DNA from: Lepidodermella squamata
Lineage: Eukaryota > Animalia > Gastrotricha
DNA: 64,000 nucleotides
Reading direction: 5' to 3'
Assembly (NCBI GenBank): GCA_047495785.1
Contig: JBLDXI010000001.1
Location: 2,728,001-2,792,000, forward strand
The position numbers and the translations under genes were made by a program. Below, piece by piece: positions 48,745 through 60,600 of the stretch (positions are counted from its first letter, which is position 1; every line of letters starts with the position of its first letter). The notes under the pieces were generated by a model. It made no database searches. It was not told the DNA's origin and worked only from the letters and a program-made list of their open reading frames with translations.

Positions 48745-50131
48745 TCAAGCAGATGAAACGCGGCTGGTGATTGCAAGGGCAGCGCTGTGCGTCGCATGCG
48801 CCGCGGCGGCCTCAGTTGAGGTGTTAGAACCAGGTTTCTCAGAGAAATCATCCAGCAGCAGATCGACTTGAACGCGCATCTGGTTCAAGCGGCGTTGAAT
48901 TTCGCGCCACTGCTCCATGCCAGAGCCAACGTAATGGCTCCACATGAGCGCCAACACGCGGACCCGTTTACCACCCTGGTCCAAACGGAGACGCGCCAAA
49001 CCAGTCTTAACGACTAAAAAATCCATTTAATAAACAATTCACCTCAATTTTAGAAATTTACCATCCAAGAGGAAAGGCTCGACTTTGTTGACGTCAATAT
49101 CGACTTTTTTGGCAACAACTTCGTAGGTCAACTCGGTTTTACCCTCGGCAAGGTGCAGGAAGGAAAGAACGCGGAGTTTGGCAATAGTAACATCACGACC
49201 GAGGCCGAGACCGTCTAGGAAAGCACCATTATCCTTCAAGAACTTGTTGTACTCGTCGACTGAGCCACGCATCAAAATCATCAACAGGTCATGGATACGC
49301 TCGCCTTCCAGCATTTGAACCGGTTTCAAATGCGTCAGAGAATCGAAGTTGTAGATTATAGAGTCGCTGATGTGAGCAACGATGCATTCGGTGGCTTCTT
49401 GTTTCACGGTTGGCGCAACGTCCTCGGGTACACCTTTCAATAGCTCAACCAAACATTCGCGAACTCGCTCCCTAGAGTGGAAATGGAGCTCACTGAAAGC
49501 CTGATCAAATCTGTCTCTGAACTCACTTTTGGTTAGATGCCTTGAAAACGACGATGACTGCGCGCCAAATTGACATTTTTTCGGCCGGTTTCAAATTCCA
49601 TTCGCCGATGAAATCATTAATCTGATCGGCCGTGCTCGGGAAGCTGCCGAGCAGTTTATGCTTAGCGGCCCATTCGAAGACAGCAATGAAGCTCTTCGTA
49701 AAGAGGGCGGACTGGTCTTGAGGAATTTTGACTAAGAGATTAGTAAGCAATTTGAGGCGCAACGAGAACTGAATAGCATCCATAGTTTCACATCGGATTG
49801 TCAGTGAGGCGATGAGCGCGTTAACAGCTTCAACCAATTCAGCTCGGTTGTTTTTTGACGTCACAACGACCAGAATGCTATGCAAAACCATGTCAATTGC
49901 TGTGAAAGAATTTAAATTGGTAAACAGAAATGTCAAAAGGCGTGAAAATTTACATTTAAAGGTTGGGACTTTGCCCAAAACCTTCTCCAGCAACTCGATT
50001 AGCTGTAGAGCTGTTACTTCTTCAGGCTTCTCCACCTTAAGTGTTGAATCAACCGCTTTCAAACATTCGACGATGTCAGCGGTTTGAGCAGCAGTCGTAA
50101 CATCAGGATCGGTGAAAACGTAAACAGACAT
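48745..50131 (-). CDS. EIF3M: Eukaryotic translation initiation factor 3 subunit M (PCI domain), 4 exons
   Basis: Motifs MSVYVFTD, FDSLTHLKPVQMLEGERIHDLL, KLRVLSFLHLAE, VEPFLLD-VVKTGLARLRLDQ and QWREIQRRL. Confidence 0.85.
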
Positions 50132-50343
50132 CTTCAAAATTAAGGTGGCCTAAAATAACAAAAATCTGCAATTAAATGTCACATCGATTTATAGAACAAA
50201 AGACAGAATAAATCGGATTTTTAAATGTGAAAATACCACCGGGTCGAGAATATAATGCAGGCAACAAAATTAAGTTACAATTTTGAAATCAATAATTTTC
50301 ACTTGAATGAAATAGAATGATGGATAACTATAGCTAATGAAGC

Positions 50344-51783
50344 TTATGCACGTAAGAAAGCAATGCCATCTTCAGATCCTGAATCGTCGTCTTCCTCAAA
50401 CTGATCGTCGTCACCACTAGCATCCGAGTCGTCGTCGTCTGAATCAGCCTCATCAGCGTTCTCAATATTGAGTCCCTCAAACAAACGCCCAACACATCCA
50501 CCCCCAACCATCGAATAGTGAGCATACGGATCGTTTCGATCAAGCACGCTATTGCATAACCAGCAGAAATAGGTGTGACACTTGGTACAAGACATCTTAT
50601 TGCAACCTTCGATCTTTTGACACCAAGCTTTACAGGAAGGACACTTGCGACAATTTTCTTTAATGAAGGAATTCGAATCGTATTCTTCGATTGCCTGTTT
50701 TATCGCAACTCTGCCAAATCGCTCCTCAAGTTCCTGTTTTTTACCCTCATCGCCGGCGAGATACTCAGCCCTTAGCTCCTCGATTTCACTTTCGTTCAGC
50801 TTACAGGGCGATACACCGTGATAAGTTCTGCGACAGTATACACAAAACACTAAAGTACACGAAGGGCAAGTTCCGGATGTCGATCCTTTGTCGTAAATTA
50901 CAGGATATTGACATGTGGGGCGAGGGCAGTAAGCCAAATCGCCTATATCATCCAGGCCCAACTTTAACAGCAATGTATCGTAACGAGCATACGATGTTTT
51001 ATCAACCACACTGCGGACGAGAGACTCGGTAGCGACGGTTTCACATTTTTCAGCAGGGCAATTCATTTCACGAACGTTTCCTTCTTGAATCTTGTTCTTG
51101 AAGTAGTCACCAAGGCATGCTTTGCAAAACAAGTGACGACACGGCTTGATCACAGCGGCACTTTTGCCAATCCTATCACATAAACATATTGTGCATGAAA
51201 AAGGAGTCGAAAGCAAATCGGCAGCTTCTTGCTCGATGTCGAACTGCTCACACGCTCGCATGCGATCTGCAGCAGAAGCTACTGAGACGTCTAAGTTAGA
51301 AGATTGTTCGACTTTTTGGAGCACCTTTCGCAAGAAGACATCGCATTCCTTGGCAACAGCAGATAAATCAATCGGCGACTCGATTTTCAACAAATCGCGT
51401 GCTTCGTCTTTCAAGAACATAAACCACAAAAAGAGAATTTCCATATCTGGATTTTCTGAAGCGATATCGATCAGCCTGTCGCGAATAGTGATGAGCTGCA
51501 ATGGCCGAAGCCAGCAACATGCTAACGTGAAATTGGGCTTTTCGGCATGAGGATATTCCGTCGGCAGCGTAAAATAGAGGTATATCGGTGGAAGATAATT
51601 AACGTCGAGGGATTTTGATATAGAACCATCAACTTTGGTAACAAATGTAAATGGTGAATCCAATTTGAAATGACAGGAGTAACAGCCCGAGTAAAGTCCT
51701 GTTTCTGAGTGCTTATTGACAGACAAATCGGCACTCTCGTAAATGCTAGTCAACGCAACAATTTCACCGTCTTGGCGGTCCAT
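50344..51783 (-). CDS. RNF14: RWD-RBR E3 ubiquitin ligase RNF14/ARA54, intronless
   Basis: RWD domain QDGEIVALTSIY...YLPPIYLYFTLPTEYP; RING1 CTICL..CRHLFCKAC; IBR YCPRPTC; RING2 KCPSCKAWCQKIEGCNKMSCTKCHTYFCWLC; PYAHY. Confidence 0.95.
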   Translation of the reverse strand: MDRQDGEIVALTSIYESADLSVNKHSETGLYSGCYSCHFKLDSPFTFVTKVDGSISKSLDVNYLPPIYLYFTLPTEYPHAEKPNFTLACCWLRPLQLITIRDRLIDIASENPDMEILFLWFMFLKDEARDLLKIESPIDLSAVAKECDVFLRKVLQKVEQSSNLDVSVASAADRMRACEQFDIEQEAADLLSTPFSCTICLCDRIGKSAAVIKPCRHLFCKACLGDYFKNKIQEGNVREMNCPAEKCETVATESLVRSVVDKTSYARYDTLLLKLGLDDIGDLAYCPRPTCQYPVIYDKGSTSGTCPSCTLVFCVYCRRTYHGVSPCKLNESEIEELRAEYLAGDEGKKQELEERFGRVAIKQAIEEYDSNSFIKENCRKCPSCKAWCQKIEGCNKMSCTKCHTYFCWLCNSVLDRNDPYAHYSMVGGGCVGRLFEGLNIENADEADSDDDDSDASGDDDQFEEDDDSGSEDGIAFLRA

Positions 51784-52704
51784 GATATATTTATATCATA
51801 TCTAGAAAACAGAAAAAGAAGTCAAAATGCGAGTAAATCCGAAATATGGCATATTGAATACTTATTTTGCCTTTCGCCAACCATCAACACCCAAAATCTC
51901 CAATTGAGCGTGATTTTTGCGTTAGGCGTAGGTAACACAATGAACGCAAAGGGCATTTATTAAGCAAGAGTCTAAGAGTTGAGAGCTCAGCGACAAAATA
52001 TTCACTATTAAAAGAGCAAATAATCGGGTCCATTCAGTCGGGTTCCGTGGAAACACGAGTAACAAAATACTTGAACGGATAGGATTTTACAAATTGTTTT
52101 GTGTTGTATGTTGTACGAGCAAAAAAGGATCTCAACCCCTACGGTATGAATCCATGCGTATTATATTAACAAAAATAATAATGGCCTAATCCAGAAGATC
52201 ACTATTTATCATCGTTTATCAATTGATTGGTGTCATTTAGGGATATCGAATATCGAATATCGATAGGTGTCTGATGTCAGACCGAATTCTGAGCGGCGCA
52301 TTACGGGTCATGGGTCATGTTGTCTAAAATAACATGCATCTTGCACATATTGATCGAATATTGGCGAAAACGCGGATAGCGCAAATATCCACCATAGTCC
52401 ATGATAACTGAAGCTAAATAGGTGCGAATTTGAACCCTACGGAAAACCCTCAATCCAGGATTTGCTGAAAAACGGTTCCGAAAAGCAACAAAAAACGGCC
52501 ACCGGATAGCGGCTAGGATCATTCATGCTTGACGTTTATTAAAATTTTAATCATTCACCTAAATTAACAGTTTGTTTTGTCTAAAAAACAATATTACAAA
52601 ATCTTAAGCGTCCTTAGCAATTTATGGTCCTCCTTGAATTTTTTAGCCCCGGTAAAGCCAATCGAAACAGATAATTCAAATACCTATATCTGCAACATAA
52701 CGCG

Positions 52705-55700
52705 ATGGTATGCTTAGTAGAACTAAATCAACCTTTCGTCTAATTTTTGATGTTAACAGCCGCCGAAAAAGGACGGTAAAGTTTCGGGTAATTCTACGGC
52801 CGTCGGATCTAGCAAGAAGAAAGCGCAAGAAGATGTTTTGCGCAAGTTAGCGGAAGAGGGTAAGATTTATTCATAAAATTGTCTTATTCATCTATTTCAG
52901 TCTTCTTATTTGTGATTTCATAAATTTGTCAGTGAATTCTAACGCAGCTATGCCTACTGCCAGGGAATTACATATGAAAAAATTGGGTACATGCAGAATA
53001 TTCACATATCGTCGTTTCAGTCACTCTTTAGTTGCAGTAAAATATATCTACTGAGGTTATCTAGAATTATTTAGAGTTATAATTCACCTATTTTTTGGTT
53101 ATATATACATTGCATCACAGGATAAACTAAATTCAGTCACTTATCAATAGATGTCGATATGATTTGCCTAATCTAAACCTTCATATGTTTGCGTCTTTAC
53201 AGAGGAAGCTCGGAAGAAAGCGGAGGAGGAAGAAAGAGATCGAAAGCGCCGAGAAGCAGAGCAGTTGGCAAAAAACAAGGAAACCGCAAAACTAGTTTGT
53301 ATTTTTGGCTTATCTCACAAGTTTGGTATTATATGAAATCGCCATTAATTATTACAGGAGAAAAAGCTGAGACGCGTTCAGTTAGGAGAGCTTGAGGCCA
53401 TCATCGATTACAACAAATCGTGCTCTGATCGAGTTGAAACTGAGCGCAGGCATACGGCTAAGGTAGTCTTAAAATCATGGCAAATTGGTTTCATGTGATG
53501 AGGCTATATTTATTTTTAGTGGAATCGCTATCTTAGGTGTGATGGGACTCCCGATCCAACAATTCCGGCTGAAATAAATACTTACATAAACTTGCTACTC
53601 GAAGAGCCTCGTTCTGATGTGGACGATGCATTTACAAAGTGCAAAGTGCTGCTCTCGGTATGAAATATTCTTGACTAGAAGTTGCTTTGAGTTGATTAGA
53701 TCGTTCTATCTTTAGCTAGTAGAAGAACTTAGTTTCATCATAAACGATACGCCAGCGGACCAAATTTCACCTGAGGCTTTGGAACAGTATAAAATGGTAA
53801 GCAATCATGCTATATCAGCTGAAATCGCTAATTTCTTTGCGTAGACGTTGGCGAGATTGGAATGCCTAATACAGTACAAACTCGATCAAGCTACTTACGA
53901 TGAGCTAATTCATGCATCAGAAAACGTGAATCCAGAAACTTCGAACTTGGAAAGAACGCTACGCGCACAGGAAATCATCGCTCTATGCATTTGGGGCAAT
54001 TTAATTAAGAACCCTAGGTAAGAAGAGCAAGGAAATGGCTGGAATTCGATTTCTAACTATTAGCCTTTTATAGGATTCGGTCGCACGATTTTCCTGATAT
54101 TGGCTTCACTTTCGAAATACCAAAGCCGATCGGCAATTCAAGCGTCGCTGTCAGAGTTTTGCACACTGCCTTCGATCATTGCTCTCATCTGACCAAAACA
54201 TTCTATCCAAAGAAAAAGATTGTTGAAGGTACGCTGCAGTTACTTTTTAGCGCTAAATGATGTCAACCCCTCGTTTTATGTTTTCAGTTGTGGAACAAAA
54301 GCCAGTCGTCGTTGTCGAGGAAAAACCCGCTACGGTTCCAACTAGTCAGCAAAAGGAAGACTCTCAAGAAGACGAGGTTTTTCATTCAAAACCTATATTG
54401 AAATATGAACTGTTTAGAGTATTTGATCTAAATTTTCCGCAGACAAAGTCGCACGCTAGCGAAGAATCTAGCGAATTAGTTAGTTGGTAGAAAAATGCAT
54501 GCTGTAGCGTCAGTAGATGAATTTCGTTGTTTCTGTGCGTAGCTGATCGCGAAATGCGAGTTTTACCTAATATTGTTGTCTCGTAGAAATACGTTTGAAA
54601 ATATAGCTGTTAGTGAATAGTCTGTAGCAGGAATGTAGAATTTTGATGACGATTTCGAAAATTATTTGCTTAGGATATCCTCGCTCAACTGAACTTTCTC
54701 GAGAAACCGAAAAAGGAGAAAACGGAAGATAAAGTCATCGTTGAAGAGGAAGAACCAGAGTACGATGATGCACCTACGCCTCGTGAGTTTTGTTGTTTAT
54801 AACCAAAATTATGTTCGTAATTTCAATAATTATCCAGCGCCCGAGGAATACGAAGACTACGAGGAACTCATCGATGTCGTTGATTTGCGGCAGAACCAGC
54901 CAGTTGGGGGCATTTTCCACATCAACTTGTTGCAGCTACCGCCTCAGCCGAAAACGGTGAAAAATTGGACAATCCGATTGCTACAATCACCGGCACAGTT
55001 GCATTTTGTCGACTACGTTGCAACTACAACGCATTATTACCCTGTCGCTGTTTCACTTGCTGGGCCAATGTCGGAAACGTTGAATTTTGCCCTTGGTTTT
55101 TCCAGAATGCAATACACTTTAGGTTTGTTTTGCTTGAAGCTTCTAAATTCGCTTAAATTTTATTTTGCGATGATAAGACGAAGAGGAAATTAAAAACATG
55201 GCTGGTCTCTTTCCGCTCTTGGGTATTCCAGAGCGGAAAGGTATAGGCGTTGCTCCGCCTAGGAAGAGGTTAATTTACAAGGAAGAAGAGGCTAATTTGG
55301 ATGGAAGTGAAATGCCTCGCGAAAGCAAAACCATGGACTCGATTCCAGATATCCCAATTCCAAAACCGCACGATCCTCCTGTTGCCGATCCCGAAATCCC
55401 GTCGAAAGTTGAAAATATTGAAAAATCTGAAACGATGGTGCTGAAATCCGAGCCAAGTAAACCGGAGGTGGAGCCAGGACTAGAGGCAGAGGTCACGAAT
55501 CAAGAAAACGAGCAAGAAAACACCGAAGATTTCGATCCTGATAGGCAAGAGACTTCGCTAATCGATGTCGATAATTTAGACGACGGAACCGGCGATAATC
55601 AACCTGAACAAGAGGCTGGCGAGGAGGAAAACCCGAAAAGCTCTTGGCTCGGCGATTTACTCGAGCAGCCAGTTGTTGGCCAGGAAATAATGCTAACACC

Positions 55701-57506
55701 TAGAGCTGAGGATGAAGTAGCGTACAGCAAACACGAACGTCTGCTAAAGGGAGCGAAGAAGCTAACGAAAAAGTTGTCGAAGATTTCAACCGTCGCTCCA
55801 GGAGAATTAGCCGCGGCGGAAAAAGCTGAAAAGGAAAAGGAGAAACCGGCGAAGAAAACAAAGGCGAAAGCTAAAGTTAAAAGCAAGGCTAAACGGCTAA
55901 CTAAGACAAAAGTAGCGGCTATTGTTGCAATTGTTGACAGTAAGACGTCGCCCGAACGACCGAAGCTGTTGTACCAGCGTTCACCGTGATCACCCTTCGT
56001 CGGTTAAATACAATTATCAAAATGTCATTATAATTTTTCCAATTAAATTGCATGTCTAAGCACCGAAAAAAATCAAATTTCCTTGGTTTAAACGCTGTTT
56101 TTCTGTAAACACAGGCAGCTCTGGTGCCCAGCCAACGTTGAGTGAAGGCAGCCACCAAAAAGAAGGCGAAGGTGAGAATAAGGACAAGGAAACTAGGCCT
56201 CCAGTTCCAGTTGTTCTCAGGTTTGTGGTCGACAAAATGTTTTAAGTTTTTGAAAAGTTAGCCCTTAAATTTCAGGCTTCCACAAAACGTGATGTTCTTT
56301 GAAGCTCCTCAGGTCGCACGATGGGCTGACGACAGAAAATGTTGGGTTTCGGATGCTATCACGAATCTTCAGTACAAAGAAGGTGGGTCTTCAAGTTTCA
56401 ACTTTAATTAAAATATAAATCTTGGTTTTATTCTTTTAGATCAACGCCTGATCTCATTTAGGCTGGAAAAATTCGGAGTTTTCACGCTTATCCAAGACCG
56501 GCATATCAACATGCCATTCCAATCTTGGGAAATGCGGCCTCTTGGCCTCAATCGCGTCCTTATTCACATCGTGGCAGCGATTGCTGAGGTTGAAATTGAA
56601 ATTGACGAGGACAAGTGCGCTCTTGTTAAGCCGGACGATAAGAACGAAATCAAGCATTTGATCGGCAAATTCATGCCGTTGGACAAACTTATCGAAGCGA
56701 TGAGAAATGCTGGCATCAACTTGTTTCCGGAGCCTGATTCTTACAAATTCGTTGGCATTCAAAATAAGGTATGCATATTTGTATAAAATAATTTCGGGTT
56801 TGCCAAGCGGACAGCCTAAATTTAAGGTTCCAAATTCTAGATCGAAATTTCCCCAAAATTAAGTTTTCGAGTTTCAAATTTTTTACTAGAATCTGAATTT
56901 ATTATTACCTATGTCTAACTGATAGATTTCACTAAAGAGCGGTCAGTTTCGATATCGATTCCAAGTATTGATTTTGAAAATTGGTGATCATTCCGATTTC
57001 AGAAGTCTAGGTAGCCAATCAGGGCCAGGGCGCTCCAATTTAGTGCTGGAACCTCTATTTCATTGTTTCTAATATTTCTACTCAATACTTCTTTCTTTTA
57101 CCAGAATCGTCTGGTCGAGAAACGGACTTATCAACACATGGCCCTAGTAGCGTCTGGAATGGCTTTTTCCTGGTCTAAATGGAACTCGGACTGCAACGAT
57201 AGTCGTAAATGCCTGCTCCAGGGCGTGAGCTGGAGCAACAAAGAAGCGCCACTTGAGGACGATTGGAAGTTGATCCAAGTCGAGCGCCACCGGGCTGTTC
57301 AACTCGCTATGGGCGAATTCGCGGAATCATTCAGCGACGAACGACTTCCAGACTCGCCATACTTTGCCACTATTTTCCATCTGGCCAAGCACATGACTGG
57401 CGGGTCTGAGTCTCAAAACTGGGGCCGCATCGTCGACTCATCGTATCAATTCATATCCACGGTCGGCAAATTTCTATCCGCAACCCGTCTGCTAGTTTTC
57501 AGCTGA
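52705..57506 (+). CDS. DNAI7: CASC1/DNAI7 (IC97/CFAP94), axonemal inner dynein arm I1 intermediate chain; many short exons, first coding exon is ATG only
   Basis: M|PPKKDGK..., E/K-rich coil, WNRYLRCDGTPDPTIPAEINTYIN, LCIWGNLIKNPR, VGGIFHINLLQLPPQPK, DRHINMPFQSWEMRP, GINLFP and FSWSKWN. Confidence 0.9.
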
Positions 57507-57694
57507 GAAAAACGCTCATGAACAACAAAACAAAAAGCGATTCTATCGTGCCACTTATTTTATTATTGAACACTCATTATCATACTGTGATTCATCATTA
57601 TTTTAGCGTTGGTTTTACCAAACATAGCTTGCGATAAAAAGAAATTGAAACACCGTGGAATTAATCTTGGATAATAAAAGGCACAACCTATCAA

Positions 57695-60600
57695 TTAAAG
57701 TTGCAAAGATTCGAAATACTTCGCATCGTTCGCTTCTTCCTTATCACCAACGACCTTGCTTCGTACAAACTTGCACAGCTGATCGATTTCGGCCTTGATT
57801 TCGTTCAGCTCAGCGACCTGTTTCTCATCAATGCTATCAGCTGATGATTTGATTCGAGCCGAGATTGAACTATTCACGAATAAATGACGTAGACAGGCTA
57901 AGAATCGGCGAGCTGAATCGAGAGTTCGCGCATCCGTCAATTTCTGCGATAAACGAACGCATTCAAGAGCAGCTAATTGAAAATTCGACTCGCGATCTTC
58001 GACTTCTTTCAGAGATTTCGAGCGTAGAGTGACGTCGAGTAATTTTTCAAGGCCAGCCAGAAGTCGACCAGCCAGTTGTTTTGTTGAATTAGCCGTTGTA
58101 GTTAGCAACATGGTCGAACAGAAAAGACGCAAAACATTCGACAAAGCTTCGCCGTTCAGATTTTTCAAATGATTATCCGTCAGTTCTTTCGTTTTGTTCG
58201 TGACATCGATAAACTCAGCATCAACGCCCAGTTTTTTCACGGCCGATGACGACGCTTCGCCAGCTTCATCGCCCGACTGCTGGCCAAGCCATTGGCATAA
58301 CCGGTTTAGAAAATCGTCGAAAGCCGTGAAAAGCTCGTCTGAGTGGCGCTTTTCGCCGGCTTCAGCAAAAATATCGATGACTGTTGTAAGGGCTTTATAA
58401 GCCACGACGGCATACTCGAGTTGAGATTTTCGAGATTCGCGAATCAATGCGCTGACGATCAATGATTGAAGATCCGAATTGAACTTCGAAGCACCAACTT
58501 TTTGCACAAATTTGATCAAAACCTGAAAATAAGAGAAAATACATATAAAAATGACTATGATCTTAAATATTTGCGAAAAACTAAGTTAAACTACTAGAAT
58601 CGAGGACAGAATTACCCTGGACAAGCATGGCTTGTTTTTTTCAAATGAATAGCAACGGCAAACGATAAAAATGTCATACAACATCATAAAATGACCTTCC
58701 TTACCAGCTTTCGAATGGCGCAAAGCTCAATATAATTAGAGCGATAGCCAATTTTTGAAAAAATTCTTGAAGTTTTTGAAATCGATCAATTGCTGAAAAA
58801 TTGTATGAAGGATGAATAGCTCAAGAACTCACAAGACACTATGCAAATGAGCTTATGCATAAATGTTCAAGAGAGTGGCTATTCGCACATATCATGTACA
58901 ACAAAATTGCTATTCGTACATATCGGAAATAATATTAATAGAACACTGGAATCAACCGGTATAACTTGAAAAGCACTTTTGATCATGAAACAAACGGAAC
59001 GTCCGAATATTCCGACCGAAACTGGAAAAGCTGCACGGAAATGTGGGTTAAGCATTTTCGAAACAACCTTGAGACGACGGATGAGAACGCCACCAGCCGA
59101 GCAGAGGGATCCTTCGGCAGCTTAAAAGTCATTCTGCAAGCCACGCTGGGAAAATAGCCCAAAATCGAAGCCACAGTTCCAGCTGTCTGCGAGACAATTC
59201 GCGCCAAACGAATTCAGCCTGTCTCTGACGAGTTCGAAAACGTCCTGTACAAGGCATCATTTGCAGTTTCATCGTTAGCTGTTAAGAAGTACTTTCAGCA
59301 ATTGAAGGCTCTTAAAACTGTCGAATACAAAAAGTTGTCGGCGCCCGTGGCAGCGGGTCGAGCAATTGTTGGATATCTGCCTGCAAGCGATCGAGGTTTT
59401 CAATTCCATAACATCGGAGACTGTCACTGGGTTCTACTCTGGAAGGCAAGGTCCAGGTGTTCGACTCTATATCAGGGGGTGTTCCTGCATCTTTAGCGAA
59501 GCAGTTGATGGACAAATACAGAGTTCTCGCGGAGAATGGTAGCAATCCGTTGATCTTGAACGATGCCAGAAGCAGGATAATCTGCTCGACTGTGGTGTGT
59601 TCGCCGTTGCGTTTTTATGCGAGATACTGCTCGACGGAAATCCTTTGGCCGCTATTTTCGACAAGTCGAAGATGCGAGCACATTTGATCAATTGTTTGGA
59701 GAATCAAAGCCTGGAGCGATTCCCTGCTACTAAGAAAAAGGGGCGCACGCCCGCCTTAATATGCTGGTCTCTGCTTAAATCATGCATTCATTATTTCGCA
59801 TATGTACGAATAGCAACACCCAATGTTCAAATTGCCCAAAAATTGGGAGAAATGCAGATTGATGAGATTCCGCCCATCATTTCCGAATTTTCTAAATTAT
59901 TCTCTTCAGAAAGTAACCCCACGTTACAGTATGATGAATTTCATTTTCAAGGAAAAATAGTAGAATATTACCTCTAGAATGGTTTCTTTATTCGGCCAAG
60001 TTCGACCCTGAAGAAGTGGTAAAAGGCAACCACTCATCAGCCGTTGAACCTGAGCTTCCGTCAAGTGATTCGCCAGTCGCTCGCCAATCGTCTCCACCGC
60101 AATTGCAGTCTGAAGCCTCAGGCCGTAACGTTGCGTTTCCGCACATTTTGCCAGCAATTCACAGGTTGGATCGGCATATTTGCGCAAAGCAGCCTCCGTG
60201 CCTTGACTCACAACTTCTGTCCAAATATCGTCCCAAGGGTCGTTGGACGGCGGGTTCGGCAGGCGGCGCCATTGTTGTGTCCGCTCGTCTTCAGCAACTG
60301 CTTTCTCGTGCATGGCAAAATGCAAAACTGGGACAAGAGAAGCTTGAATTTCATCGGCTTGGAGCAACTCGCCAGGGCTGTATTGAGTCAAGGATTTCAA
60401 TAGGGAACACGCAGCTTTCGCCAGCATAGGGTCACTGTCATCGCCCAGTTGTAAGGCTCCCTTCAAATACCACTCCGATGCTTTGGTAGCGGCTTTTCGA
60501 ACCAGACTTTCCGGCCTCAAGCAAGCGATTTGAGCTGCCGCTGTGCCAGCTAAAATTGAGAAATCAGATACATGTAAATTGACAGCGATTCAGCATTCAT

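Noticed and set aside
54479-54674. Further microexons inside a ~196-nt CASC1 intron (internal AG/GT pairs)
   Set aside because: No unique frame-preserving split into modal-size introns could be established by eye.
55198-55989. Independent nested 263-aa gene inside CASC1
   Set aside because: It is flanked by phase-compatible splice sites and is better explained as a CASC1 exon.
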